Of a DNA stretch of 64,000 nucleotides, positions 39,280 through 53,791 are shown in pieces. The DNA comes from Polyangiales bacterium (GTDB lineage: Bacteria; Myxococcota_A; Polyangia; Polyangiales; JADJQN01), in assembly GCA_964202905.1 (NCBI GenBank), contig CAXNJO010000005.1:1-64000 (forward strand), written 5' to 3'. How positions within the stretch are numbered: the stretch's first letter is position 1; each line of letters begins with the position of its first letter. Position numbers and translations under genes: made by a program. The notes beneath the pieces are model-generated. The model was not told the DNA's origin and did not search any database. It saw nothing but the letters and a program-made list of their open reading frames with translations.

Positions 39280-40419
39280 TCAGCGCGCGCGGCCCGGAGG
39301 ACGCCGCGACACGCGTGGTGGCGGCACGAGCCGCGGCCAGCCCGCGAGCGCGACGGCCACGCAGACGCGCCCGCGCGCGTCGAGCGCCGTGGCCGCGCCC
39401 GCGTCGGTGAAGCGCGGCTCGAGGAGCGCCTCGCGGTGCGAGGGGCTCGCGAAGAGCGCGGCCCACGCCGCGTCGAGATCGACGGCCCGCCCAATCGCCT
39501 CACCGACGAGGCGCGCACGCACCCCGAGCGCGGCGAGGCGCGCCTCCGGCGAAGCGCCCGGCTCGAGCTGATGCGCGACGCGCCCGCTCGCACAGACGGC
39601 CCGCGCGTGCGCGAGCGCGGCCCGCGCGAGGAGCCGGTGCGGGCGCAGGGCGGGCAGCCCTGCCTTCCGACGCGCCTCGGCGAGACGGGCCGCGACGTCC
39701 GCGGTCGAGGAGGCCCGCGTCGCGGACGACACAGTCGAGACGAGCGACGCGGACGACGCGGACGACGCAGGCGAATCGCGCGCAGGCGCGGACGCGACCC
39801 GCACGCCCGCGGCCGCGAGCCGTTCGCGCGCGGCCACGTCGAGCGGCGCGTCGGTCACGAGGCGCTCGGCCACCGGCCGCGGCCCTTGCGGCCCCGTCGC
39901 GACGAGCTGCACCCGCAGCGGCCGCGCGGCGTCCGCGGGCAGCTCGGCCGAGGTCTCGTCCGCGCCGAGCGGCACGCCGTGGAGCACGCCCGCCGCGTCG
40001 AGCACCACGAGGCGCGGCGCATGAAAGTCCGGCGCGAGCGCGACGGACAACAGCGCGCCCTCCGCGAGCGCCAGCGCGCCGCCCCGCGGGCTCGCGAGCA
40101 GCAGCACCCGTCCCGCGTCGCGCGCGTGTCCGCAGGCGAGCGGCGCATCGGACCGCGCGGCGAGCGCGGCGAGCCACGCCTGCCCGCGCGCCTCGTCGTC
40201 GAGTCCGAGCACGACCGCATGCAGGACGGGCAGATCCGACCCCGCCTCGCGCGCAGCCCGCGCCAGCGAGGCGGCGTCGAGCGGCGCCCCCGCGAGCAGC
40301 AGCGCGGCCGCGGCCTCGCCGAGCGGCTCCTCGACGGCGCACCGCGGCTCCCACGCCGACGCGCGCCCCGGCGCAGCGAGCAGGAGCGCGATCAGCGTAC
40401 CGACGAGCGCGACGCGCAC
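39280..40419 (-). CDS. Secreted CAP (SCP-like) domain protein
   Basis: Signal peptide; ARRKAGLPAL...LARAALAHA...VAH...VGEAIG...ASPSHREALL. Confidence 0.85.
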   Translation of the reverse strand: MRVALVGTLIALLLAAPGRASAWEPRCAVEEPLGEAAAALLLAGAPLDAASLARAAREAGSDLPVLHAVVLGLDDEARGQAWLAALAARSDAPLACGHARDAGRVLLLASPRGGALALAEGALLSVALAPDFHAPRLVVLDAAGVLHGVPLGADETSAELPADAARPLRVQLVATGPQGPRPVAERLVTDAPLDVAARERLAAAGVRVASAPARDSPASSASSASLVSTVSSATRASSTADVAARLAEARRKAGLPALRPHRLLARAALAHARAVCASGRVAHQLEPGASPEARLAALGVRARLVGEAIGRAVDLDAAWAALFASPSHREALLEPRFTDAGAATALDARGRVCVAVALAGWPRLVPPPRVSRRPPGRAR

Positions 40420-40528
40420 ACCGGCAGGGTAGCCAGCCCCCGCGCACGGCGGCCAGTTCGAGACGGGTTCGCGTGGGGTTGCACGCCGTGCGCCCGCAGC
40501 CCTCGGCACGGTCGAGGGGCGTTCTCCC

Positions 40529-41137
40529 TCAGCCCGTGCGCGTCCCGGCCGCGTGCGGCCCGCTGCGCTCGCGGCGATCCCCGATCACGCGCGCCGGGAC
40601 ACCGGCGACGATCGTCCACGCGGGTACGTCCTCGCGCACGACGGCGCCCGCAGCGATCACGGCATGGTCACCGATCGTCACGCCCGGCAGGATCACCGCG
40701 CGCGCGCCGATCCACACGTCGTCTCCGATGCCGACGGGCGCGTAGCGGACGGGCTGCTCGACGATCGGCGCGAGCGGCGCCGCGTCGAACTGGTTCGTCT
40801 GCGTGTAGACGATCACGCCCGCCGCGATCGCGCAGCGCGCGCCGATCGCGAGACCGCCCTGCCCGTACAAGACGCAGAACTGATCCACGTGCGAGCCGGC
40901 CCCGATCCGGATCGATCCGGCCGCGCCGTTCGCGTTCAGGTAGGCGTTCCCGTGGAGCGCGACCCCTTCGCCGAACACGAAGCGATCACGCGGCCCCACC
41001 AGCTCGACCCGCCGGCCGATGCGCGCGGCGGGCCCGCGGTGCTCGTGGACGCGGAGCCAGCCGCGGAGCACGGCCTCGGTCCCCGAGGGTTCGCGCCCGG
41101 TCGCCGCCGCGAGGATCCTGCCAGCCGTCCTCAGCAC
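40529..41137 (-). CDS. Hexapeptide-repeat O-acyltransferase
   Basis: [36 protein letters not shown]...VAGVPARVI. Confidence 0.92.
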   Translation of the reverse strand: MLRTAGRILAAATGREPSGTEAVLRGWLRVHEHRGPAARIGRRVELVGPRDRFVFGEGVALHGNAYLNANGAAGSIRIGAGSHVDQFCVLYGQGGLAIGARCAIAAGVIVYTQTNQFDAAPLAPIVEQPVRYAPVGIGDDVWIGARAVILPGVTIGDHAVIAAGAVVREDVPAWTIVAGVPARVIGDRRERSGPHAAGTRTG

Positions 41138-41321
41138 GCCGCGAGTCTACTCCGACTCCGCGCGGCTGCATTGGCGCGCATGCGTCGGCGCCGGTGCACG
41201 CGCGGGTCAGGCCCGACATCGCGGGGGAAGCCCCGCCCGCGCCGCAGCCCACGTCACGCCCACGGCGCCGGAACAACGCCACGGATGCGCGCCCGCGGAC
41301 CGCGCGGGGATGCGGGTCCCG

Positions 41322-42164
41322 TCAGGCCGCCGGAGCCGCGAACGACCAGACCCCGCCGTCGCGACCGAGGATGCGATAGCCCCGCGCCACGAGGATCCCT
41401 GCGAGGTCTTCCGGGCTGTAGGAGATCCCACGGTGCTGCGTCGCATGCAGCTCCGCGATGATCTGCTTGCATCCCGTGAGCGCCCCCGGATCGTCGAGGA
41501 AGATGCCCGCTTCGGCGCCCTCGATGTCGGCGATGAGCGCGAACTCGCCGAGGTGCTGGTCGCGGACCAGCTCGGACAAGGTCGTCGTGCGGACGCGGGT
41601 CGCCGCCCGCGTGGGCCCGGCCACGACACGCGATCCGGTCGAGTCCGCGCCAAACTCCAAGGAGACCTCTCCCGTCGTCGCCGTGTAGTCGATCGCGCCC
41701 TGGACGACCGACACGGACCGCCCGGGCGCGTTGGCGCGCAGATTGGCCGAGAGGAGCGGGATCAGCCGCGGGTTGGCCTCCACGCAGACGATGCGCCGGT
41801 CGGGCTGCAGGCGCCGACTCGCGTGGCACGACACGACGCCGATGCTGCTCCCGAGCTCGACGAGGTCGAGCCGCGGGTCGAGGTGCCGGCGCACCGAGCG
41901 GATCTCCGCGCTCTCGTACATGCCCCAGAAGAGCTGCGCGCGCGTGCGGTCCGTGACGCTCGCGTCGGCGGTGGAGATGGGGATACCACGACAGGGGATG
42001 CGTTGCGCGAACGCCGCGCCGATCGCGCGTCCCACGGCGGGATGGCAGATCCCGGAGGTCAGCGCCGCCTTCAAGGGACGCGGCAGGGCCCGCCCGACGC
42101 GCTGCGGGAGGGCGAACACGCGCCCGAGGACGGCCGCCGCCCCTCTGCTTCCGGCGCCCGTCAT
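41322..42164 (-). CDS. FkbM family methyltransferase
   Basis: YESAE, VELGSSIG, VEANPRLI, ADIEGAE, IAELH. Confidence 0.88.
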   Translation of the reverse strand: MTGAGSRGAAAVLGRVFALPQRVGRALPRPLKAALTSGICHPAVGRAIGAAFAQRIPCRGIPISTADASVTDRTRAQLFWGMYESAEIRSVRRHLDPRLDLVELGSSIGVVSCHASRRLQPDRRIVCVEANPRLIPLLSANLRANAPGRSVSVVQGAIDYTATTGEVSLEFGADSTGSRVVAGPTRAATRVRTTTLSELVRDQHLGEFALIADIEGAEAGIFLDDPGALTGCKQIIAELHATQHRGISYSPEDLAGILVARGYRILGRDGGVWSFAAPAA

Positions 42165-43366
42165 CGCTTCACGACGGAGCGCAGGCCGGCGACGATCCCG
42201 TCGACGGCGGCGTCGTAGGTCCAGCCCGCGATGATCGCGCGCGAGGCCTGCCCCATCGCGATCCGCCGGGGCTCGTCGGCGAGCACGCCGTCGAGCGTCT
42301 CCGCGATGCGGTCGACGTTGCCCCAGGGGAACGTGGCGCCGTTCTCGCCGGGCCGGAGGAAGTCGATCGTGGAGGGGATGGCGTCGGACAACACCAGCGG
42401 GAGCGAGAAACACATCGCCTCGTGGATGACGAGGGGCGTGACCTCCCCCGGGCCCGACACGAGCGCGAACGCGTCGGCGGCCGCGTAGTAGCGCGGCAGT
42501 TCCGTCTGGTTCTTCGCACCGACGGGGAAGACGTGGGCGAGGCCGCGCGAGGCGCAGTACGCGCGGACCTCCTCGAACAGCGGTCCGCCTCCGACGAGCA
42601 CGAGCGACGCGGGCACCTTCATGCGCTCGTGCGCGAGGACGAGGTCCATCGGCCGCTTCTTCTCGCGCATGTGCGCCACGAAGAGGATGACGGGGCGCGA
42701 CGGGTCGAGGCCGAGCTCGCGTCGAAGTTCGTCACGCCGCGGCCGCAACTCCGCCGCGCGCGCCATGAAGTACTCGTTGTCGACGCACAGCGGGACCCAG
42801 AAGACCTTCTCCGGGGGCACACCGTAGTGCGCGTAGAACTCCCGGGCCCGGGAGCTCATGGCGAGGGCGGCGTCGATCCCCCCGCACCAACGCTTGCGGA
42901 ACGTGTCGCGCGCGAGCTGCGACTCGGTGAGGAGCTTCGGCGAGTCGACGACGACGTCACCGTGGAAGAGGACGGGCAGCCCCATCGCCCGCGCCGCCGC
43001 GAACGCGAGCCACTCGGTCGCCGACGCGTACCCGTGCAAGAAGAGGGCATCGAAACGCCCCCGGCGAAGCTCGCGAAGGAACCCGGGGTGGATCTTCGAG
43101 AAGGGGCTCCCCGCGTCCGGCTTCGGCGAACGGTTCCGAAGGAAGACGGAGCGGTAGCCCTCCAGCAGGGGGCGGTCCCACTGGATCGTCTCGCCGTAGC
43201 CCTGCACGTACGAGGGCTTCAAGCCCAGGTCGGACATGAAGAACACCGTCGGATCGACCTCCGGCCGCGCAGCCAGCCGCGCGAGGAGTGGCGCGTGATA
43301 CTGGATCGGGTGCGACAGCAGCAGCGCCAACTTGTAGGGCGCGCGGGGCGGCGGTGGGTGGGTCAC
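42161..43366 (-). CDS. Glycosyltransferase family 4
   Basis: SHPIQYHAPL, WDRPLLEGY, VDNEYF, EVTPLVIHEAM; GTG start at 43366 is inferred. Confidence 0.9.
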   Translation of the reverse strand: MTHPPPPRAPYKLALLLSHPIQYHAPLLARLAARPEVDPTVFFMSDLGLKPSYVQGYGETIQWDRPLLEGYRSVFLRNRSPKPDAGSPFSKIHPGFLRELRRGRFDALFLHGYASATEWLAFAAARAMGLPVLFHGDVVVDSPKLLTESQLARDTFRKRWCGGIDAALAMSSRAREFYAHYGVPPEKVFWVPLCVDNEYFMARAAELRPRRDELRRELGLDPSRPVILFVAHMREKKRPMDLVLAHERMKVPASLVLVGGGPLFEEVRAYCASRGLAHVFPVGAKNQTELPRYYAAADAFALVSGPGEVTPLVIHEAMCFSLPLVLSDAIPSTIDFLRPGENGATFPWGNVDRIAETLDGVLADEPRRIAMGQASRAIIAGWTYDAAVDGIVAGLRSVVKR

Positions 43367-43646
43367 GATCAGGTGGTGCGTAGGCGGCGCGCGTCGGAGG
43401 GGGCGAGCAAGCCCTGCGAGGCCGCGCTGCCTCAGGCATCGCGACCCGCCGGGGCGGACCCGCAGGAGAGTCCGGAAGGATAGCGGAAACCGCACCCGCA
43501 GCCAGACACCCCCGCCGCGTGCGCCGTCGACGCGTGCGCCCTCGGTCAACCCGAGAGGTCGGTGGGCACGCCGGGTGCCCCGCGCGCGACGCTGCGCAGG
43601 CGAACCGCCACGCCCGCCGTGCGAGAGCCCCGACGACGCGGCGCCA

Positions 43647-44890
43647 TCAGGAGCGGTAGTCGGCGTTGATGCGGACGTACTCGGGGCCGAGATCGCACGT
43701 GAGGTACGAGGCCGCGGCGCGGCCCGCCCCGAGCCGCAGCGTGATCGTGTACTCGGGGCGCAGCATCACCGCGTGGGCCCGCGCGTCCGTGTCGCCGCCC
43801 ACCGCGAGCCCACGCGCGACGAGCCGCACGTCGCCGACGTCGAGGGTTGCGCGCGCCGGATCGAAGGGCACGCCCGCGCGCCCGGCGGCCGCGAGCACAC
43901 GGCCCCAATTCGGATCCTTGCCATACAGCGCCGTCTTCACGAGGTTGCTCGTCGCGATCGCCCGCGCGACGGCCGACGCGCCCGCGGCGCTCGGCGCGCC
44001 CTCGACGCGCACGGTGACGAGGTGCTCGGCCCCCTCGCCGTCCGCGACGATGAGCCGCCCGAGCGCACCGAGCACCTGCGTGAGCGCCGCGACGAGCGCG
44101 CGCTCGCCCGCGTCCCCAGCGCGCGGCGGCGCGTTCCCCGCGGCCCCCGACGCCATCGCGACGATGGTGTCGTTGGTGCTCGTGTCGCCATCGACGGTGA
44201 GCGCGTTGAAGGTCGCGTCGGTCGCCGTGCGGAGCGCGCGCCGCAGCAGGGTCGCCGACACCCGCGCGTCGGTGACGACGCACGCGAGCGTGGTCGCCAT
44301 GTCGGGGTGGATCATCCCCGCCCCCTTCGCGACGCCCACGACGCGCACGCGCTTGCCGCCGATCCGGGCCTCGGCCTCGGCGCGCTTCGGACCGCGGTCG
44401 GTGGTCATGATCGCGCGCGAGAAGCCCTCGAGACCGTCCGGCGTCGCGGCCGCGACGAGCGGCGCGGCGTGCGCGACGAGCTTCTCCGCGGGGAGCAGGA
44501 CGCCGATGACGCCCGTCGACATCGGCAGCACGAGCGCGGGGTCCACGCCGAGCGCGGCGGCGACGGCGGCCGTCGAGGTGCGCGCGGCGGCGAGCCCCGG
44601 CTTGCCCGTCGCCGCGTTCGCGCAGCCCGCGTTGACGAGCACCGCCTGCGCGAGCCCTGCGGCGACGCGCTCTTCCGCGAGCAGGACGGGCGCGGCCTTC
44701 ACGAGGCTCCGCGTGAACACGGCGGCCGTCGGGACGGGGCGATCGGCGACGAGCAGCGCGAGGTCGAGGCCGCCACGCTTCTTGATGCCCGCGGCGAGGG
44801 ACGCCCAGCGGAAGCCCGCCACGGGCGCGGGCGCAGGCCCCGGGGCCAGCAATTCGTCGAGCACGGGGCGCGGCGGCGTCTTCGCGCGGC

Positions 44891-44894
<4 letters not shown>
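43647..44894 (-). CDS. argJ: Bifunctional ornithine acetyltransferase/N-acetylglutamate synthase
   Basis: NAGCANAATG, STGVIG, AIMTTD, AKGAGMIHPDMATTL, VDGDTSTND, DGEGA, DPNWGR, YVRINADYRS. Confidence 0.97.
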
Positions 44895-48331
<3,437 letters not shown>

Positions 48332-48443
48332 CGCGGCTCCCGCTGCCTCGTGGGGGCGCGCCCGAGGGCCCCCTTGGAGAAGCGCGGGACTCTAGTTCCC
48401 GCCCTCGGCGGGCGCAATTGTCCGCGCCCGGAGGCGCCGCGCG

Positions 48444-49930
48444 TCAGCCGTCGCCCGCGCCGAGGCGCGCGAGCACGAAGGCGAGCGTCGCGAGGAAGGC
48501 GAGCGTCACGGCGCCGACGATCGCCACCACCGCGAGCGTGTCGCGCCGGCGGTGCGCGGCGCTCTCGGCCTCCGCATCGCCCGCCTCGCGGAGCAGCGCG
48601 CGCGCCTCGCGGGAGGCGTCGAGCCCGCGGCCGAGCAGCACGAGCACGAGCAGCGCGGCGAGCGCCACGAGCGCCACGGCGCTGATCGCGCGGACGCGCG
48701 CCCGCCGCGCGAGCGCCCGCGTGATCGCCGCCTCGCGCCCGCTCACGGGCACGGGCGTCGCGAGGCGCGCCTCGTCGAGCAGCGCCGCGTCGAAGGTGAA
48801 GCGGCGCTCGGCGGACGCGCGATCCGTTGACGGCGCCGGGTCGGCGCGCTGCGCGGGCGGCGGCTCGGAGGCCGTGCGCGACGCGAACACGAAGCGCGAC
48901 GCGGCGTGCTCGGAGTCGAAGAGGTCGGCGCGCACCTGCACGCGGTGGGCGCCGGCGTCCGCGAACACGAACCCCGGCAGCGCGACCTCCGCGTCGAGCG
49001 TGCCCGGCGCGAAGGCGCGCGAATACACCCAGCGATCGGCGGCGAACACGTCCACGATCAGCGGACGCCCGGGCTGCGCGCCGAGCACGCGCAGGGTGAG
49101 CGGCCGACCAACGCGCGCGCGCGCCGCCGTCTCGATCTGCACCTCGCCGAGCGCGACCGGCAGGCGCAGTGCGCGCCGCGCGAGCAGCGCCCCTGCGCGC
49201 GAGAAGAGCAGCTCAGCCTCGCCCTCCGGCCCGTGCACGACGGCCGTGAGCGCGACGACGTCCGGCGGGAGAGCGGGCGCCGCGCCCTCGCCGCGCGGCT
49301 CGACGGAGGGCGTCTGCGCGAGTCGCGCCACGATCGGCGGCGCGCCGACCTCGAGCAGCAGCGTGCAGGGCAGCTCGGGCACGCACGCGCCACCGACGAC
49401 GCGCACCGGCGAGATCGACGGCAGCGGCGGCGCGTCCTCGCCCGCGGCCATCGGCTCGCGCGCGAGCGGCCCCTCCGAGAGCAGCGCGAGGAGCGCGGCC
49501 TCGCGCGGCAGCGGCAGCGCGGGCGGCGCGTCGAACGCGATCCGCAGCGACGCACGGACGCGCGCGCCGGTCGCCTCCGCCTCGAGCGTGTACGCCCCCG
49601 CGGCGAGCCCCGCGGGCACGCGGAGAGCGCCCTCCATCGAGCGCGCCGCCGACACCACGAGCCGCGCGCGCACCAGCGTGCGGCCGCGTGCGTCGCGGAG
49701 CGCGACGTCGACGGGCGCGGTGACGAGCGTCGGCCCGTCGGGCTCGTCGATGCGCGCGAGCAGGTTCGCGCGCAGCGCGACACGGTCACCAGGGCGCGCG
49801 CCTGCGGGCGCGACGAGCTGCAATTCACGCTGGGGGCCCGTCTGCTCGGACGCGAGGACGGCGCCGACGACCAGCGCGATCGACACGGGCACGACGGTCG
49901 CGACCAAGCGCTCGACGGCCCGGCGCCGTG
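48444..49930 (-). CDS. Hypothetical membrane-anchored protein (start uncertain)
   Basis: N-terminal TM (LVATVVPVSIALVVGAVL), beta-rich extracytoplasmic region and two C-terminal TMs; between fur and secA. Confidence 0.65.
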
Positions 49931-49969
49931 CGCCGCGGCCCGCGGCGCGATCGCCGCGCGGCGCGTCCG

Positions 49970-50440
49970 TCAGGCGCGCGCCTTCTGGCAGCCCGCGCAC
50001 ACGCCGTAGAGCTCGTGTCGATGGCTCGACAGCGCGAAGCCGTAGCGCCGTGCGACCTGCTCCTGGAGCGTCTCGATGTCGTGATCCTCGAACTCCTCGA
50101 TGCGGCCGCACTGCACGCAAATGAGGTGATCGTGGTGGCTCTCGGCGTGCGCGAGTTCGTAGCGCGTGGGCCCGTCGCGGAACTGCCGCTCGTAGGCGAG
50201 CCCGGACTCGCTGAGCAGCTTGAGCGTGCGGTAGACCGTCGCGTAGCCCACGGTCCCGTCCTTCTTGCGGACGAGCGCGAGCAGATCGTCGATGCTCAGG
50301 TGCCCCTTGCTGCGGAAGAACACGTCGCTCACGAGCCGACGCTGGTTCGTCGAGCGCAGGCCCTTGTCGCGCATGTACGCGACGAGCGCGTCGTGCATCG
50401 CGTCGACCTTCTCCGGCAGCGGTGGCAGCGCCTTGCCCAT
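49970..50440 (-). CDS. fur: Fur family transcriptional regulator
   Basis: GLRSTNQR, VGYATVYRTLKLL, HHDHLICVQCG, LYGVCAGC. Confidence 0.95.
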   Translation of the reverse strand: MGKALPPLPEKVDAMHDALVAYMRDKGLRSTNQRRLVSDVFFRSKGHLSIDDLLALVRKKDGTVGYATVYRTLKLLSESGLAYERQFRDGPTRYELAHAESHHDHLICVQCGRIEEFEDHDIETLQEQVARRYGFALSSHRHELYGVCAGCQKARA

Positions 50441-50528
50441 CGCGTAGCCACGGACCCTATCACGGTTCAGCCGCCCCCCGCCGGGCGGGCGCTTGCCGCC
50501 CCGCGACGCGGCGGCGCATCATCCGCGG

Positions 50529-51394
50529 ATGCGCGCGCCCGCTGCACCGCTCCGCTCCGCCCTCGCGCTCGCGTCCCTCGCGTTCGCCGCCGCTGCATGT
50601 CTCGCGGTGCCGCACGCGGCCACCGCGCAGGAGGCGCTCGAGCGTGACCCCTCGGGCGCGCTGGATTGCCGCTCGCTGAGCACGTGCAACGCCGACGCGG
50701 AGTGCAGCGACAGGCCGGGAACGGGCTGTTTCCCGGTCCCCTTCACGGGGAGGACGACGACACCGGAGCGCTATTGCGTCGCCCCGATGGTCACGCGCTT
50801 CTGCTGCGTCGGTGTGAGCGATTGCCCGGTCCGCGCGGACGCGACGCCGCGTTGCTTCGGAGCGATGGACGGCACCGTCGATCGCGGCCTCTGCGTCTAC
50901 GCGGACGAGCCGTACATCCTGTGCGCCGCCCTCGTCGGCCCGCCGCGGACCGAGGGGCAGGTCCTGCGCGACTGCTTCACGCCGCCGCCCGGGGAGCCCA
51001 TCCCGGCCGTGGGAACGGTTCCCTTTCGCGAGGGCGACTGCGACCGCGACGGCCAGGTCAACGGCGTGGACCCGTGCCGCTGCGACCCGACCAACGCGTG
51101 CGGGCGCACCGACGGGGGCGCGATGACCGAGACCGACGCCGGCGCGGTGAGCGAGACCGACGCCGGCGCGATGAGCGAGACCGACGCCGGCGCGACGCCC
51201 AAGCCCGACGGCAGCGCCCCGACGTTCGACGCCGCGGCGACGCGCGGCCCCGATTTCCGCGGCGGCGGCGGCTGTGCGTGCCGCGCCGCGCCCGCCAGGC
51301 GACGCACGACGGGCACGACGCGCATCTTGCCGGCGGCGCTGCTCGGTGGACGCTCGTCGTCGCCCTCCGTGCGCGTCGCCGCCGCGCCCGCTGA
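50529..51394 (+). CDS. Secreted Cys-rich protein with a MYXO-CTERM-like sorting tail; frameshift near 51345
   Basis: Signal peptide, many Cys, ETDAGA x3 linker, GGGGCACRAAP, then a hydrophobic stretch ending TLVVALRARRRRAR* in the neighbouring frame. Confidence 0.75.
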
Positions 51395-51413
51395 CGCCCC
51401 ACCCCGACCCCCG

Positions 51414-52083
51414 ATGGGCTACTTCCCCTACTACCTCGCGATCGCGGCGATCTCCTACGGCTTGCGGTATCCGTGGCTCCTCGCGGGCGCCGTCGCGGTC
51501 TACGCGCTGCGCCGCTTCATCCCCGATCCGTGGGTGCTGCTGCGCACCTCGGGCCGCATCCGCGGCCTCCGCGCGCAGGTCGCCGCGAACCTCGCGAACG
51601 TCACCGCCCGCCGCGATCTCGCCGAGCTGCTGCTCGCGCGCCTGCGTCCGCGGGCGGCCCTCACGCTCGTCGACGAGGCGCTGCGCCGCGAGCCCGCCAA
51701 CGCCGAGCTGCTCTTCCTGCGCGGCGTCGCGCTCGCGCGGAGCGGCGACGCGGAGGGCGCGCTCGGGCCGCTCGTCGAATGCGTGCAGCGCGAGCCCGGG
51801 CTGCGCTACGGAGAGCCCTACCGCGTCGCGGGGGACGCGCTCGCACGACTCGCGCGCGACGAAGCGGCCGAGGACGCGTACGAGCGCTTCGTCGATGCGA
51901 ACGGCTCCTCGATCGAGGGCCACCTCAAGCTCGCGCAGACCCGTCGCCGCCGCGGCGATCGCGAGCGGGGCGCAGCGCGCGCTGCGCGAAGCGCTCGACA
52001 CCTTCGCGCAGCTCCCCGCGCACCATCGCCGCCGCCAGCTCGGCTGGTGGCTCCGCGCGCAGTTCGCGCGGCTCTATCTATGA
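51414..52083 (+). CDS. Membrane-anchored TPR protein; frameshift near 51966
   Basis: MGYFPYYLAIAAISY... then ANVTARRDLAELL and YGEPY; the C-terminus AQRALREALDTF...WWLRAQFARLYL* is in ORF 51274..52083. Confidence 0.75.
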
Positions 52084-52092
52084 CGCAGTGCG

Positions 52093-53019
52093 TCAACCCC
52101 GCGCTGCGCGGATCGCGGCGCGTGCCGCCTCGAGATCGCCCGCGCCCTGCACGTTGACCTTCGCGGCGTCCTTGCGGATGCGCGCGAGCAGGCCGCTCAG
52201 CACCTTGCCCGGCCCGATCTCGACGAAGAGCGTCACGCCGTCCGCGAGCATGCGCTCGACGGATTCTTCCCAGCGCACCGGGCGCGAGACCTGCCGCACG
52301 AGCGCGTCGCGCGCGGCCGCCGCGTCGTGCACCGGCGCGGCGTCGACGTTCACGTAGATCGGCACGGACGGGTCGCGCATCGACGTCGCCGCGAGATGCG
52401 GCGCGAGGCGCGCCTCCGCCGGCTCCATCAGGGCCGAGTGGAAGGGCGCGCTCACCTTGAGCGGGATGGCCTTCGCGCCGAGCGCCGCGATCGCGCGGCA
52501 CGCCGCCTCGACGCCCGCCGCGTCCCCCGCGATCACGATCTGCCCGGGGCAGTTGTAGTTCACGGGCGACACGCGCCCCGGCGCCTCGGCGCACGCGCGC
52601 TCGATGGCCGCGCGCTCGCCGCCCATGATCGCCGCCATCGCGCCGGCGCCGACGGGCACCGCCTCCTGCATGTACGTGCCGCGCACGCGCACGAGGCGCA
52701 CCGCATCGGCGAACGAGAGCGTGCCGGCGGCGACGTTCGCCGCGTACTCACCGAGGCTGTGCCCCGCCGTCACGTCGGGCGCCTCGCCGAGCGCGCGGAG
52801 CAGCGCGATCTCGGTCGTCAGCACCGCGGGCTGCGTGTTCGCGGTGAGCTGGAGCGACTCTTCCGGCCCCTCGAAACAGAGGCGCGAGAGCGGCTCGGCG
52901 AGCGCGAGGTCCGCTTCGTCGAACACCGCCCGCGCGGCCTCGGACGCCGCGAAGGCGTCCCGCCCCATGCCGACCTTCTGCGCGCCCTGACCCGGAAACA
53001 CGAACGCGACCCGACCCAT
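52093..53019 (-). CDS. fabD: Malonyl-CoA:ACP transacylase
   Basis: FPGQGAQ, TANTQPA, GHSLGEY, VSAPFHS, EIGPGKVL. Confidence 0.97.
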   Translation of the reverse strand: MGRVAFVFPGQGAQKVGMGRDAFAASEAARAVFDEADLALAEPLSRLCFEGPEESLQLTANTQPAVLTTEIALLRALGEAPDVTAGHSLGEYAANVAAGTLSFADAVRLVRVRGTYMQEAVPVGAGAMAAIMGGERAAIERACAEAPGRVSPVNYNCPGQIVIAGDAAGVEAACRAIAALGAKAIPLKVSAPFHSALMEPAEARLAPHLAATSMRDPSVPIYVNVDAAPVHDAAAARDALVRQVSRPVRWEESVERMLADGVTLFVEIGPGKVLSGLLARIRKDAAKVNVQGAGDLEAARAAIRAARG

Positions 53020-53076
53020 GCGAGGCCTCCTGCGGTCTGTGCGCGGCAGGCCCTGCGGCCTCGCCGCGCGGAGCGT

Positions 53077-53712
53077 TCACCGCGCGGGGCGGTGGTGCCG
53101 GCCGCGGTGCTCGAGCGTCGCGCACTCGCTCGCGGCGAAGTCGAACTCGTGGCTGCGCGAGAGCACGAAGTAGCCGCCGTGGATGCGGAACCCGGCGAGC
53201 GCGACGAAGGCGCGGCCGAGGAGGAGATCGGCGTCGTCGGCGTAGACCTGCACGAGGTAGTCGCGCAGCAGCCCGGAGGGCTCGATGCCGTTCCGCCCGA
53301 GGCCGTAGTCGAGCAGCAGCGCGTTCGGGTAGACGCTGTCGGAGGACGCGGGATCGACCGCGTGCACGCGGTAGAAGCCGTGGCGCTTGGCGGCGGCCTC
53401 GCTCGGCGCGGCGACGTGCGGCTTGCCGATGCCGTCCTGCGCGACGACGACGTTGTAGCCCTGGATGAAGGGCTGCGGGCCCTCGGGCACGCGGGGCGCG
53501 CCGACGTAGAAACCCTTGCGGAACTTGCGGATCCCGAGCAGGTCCGTCGCCGCGCCGGTGTTCGTCCCGGCGAACTCCCAGCCCGCGAGCGACGAGAGCG
53601 CGGGCGCCGTCCCGGCGCGCATGATCGCGTCGCGGGTGGCGTCGCTGACGCCCTTGACGAGGTCGAGGTACGAGAAGCGGGAGCCGTCGGGGCGGAGGTT
53701 CGGGGCGGTCAC
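53077..53712 (-). CDS. Hypothetical protein
   Basis: GWEFAGTN...RKFRKGFY...LLLDYG...LRDYLVQV...LLLGRAF; strong coding bias. Confidence 0.75.
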   Translation of the reverse strand: MTAPNLRPDGSRFSYLDLVKGVSDATRDAIMRAGTAPALSSLAGWEFAGTNTGAATDLLGIRKFRKGFYVGAPRVPEGPQPFIQGYNVVVAQDGIGKPHVAAPSEAAAKRHGFYRVHAVDPASSDSVYPNALLLDYGLGRNGIEPSGLLRDYLVQVYADDADLLLGRAFVALAGFRIHGGYFVLSRSHEFDFAASECATLEHRGRHHRPAR

Positions 53713-53791
53713 GGCGCGCGTCGTAGCACAGGCGTGCCGCGTCCACAGCGGCGCAGCTCGCGCTGGCGGCCGGGGCCGGCCGCGGGCTACC

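Noticed and set aside
50493..52157. Single fused Cys-rich/TPR protein
   Set aside because: A frameshift near 51345 hides the MYXO-CTERM-like end (stop 51394); a separate gene starts at 51414.
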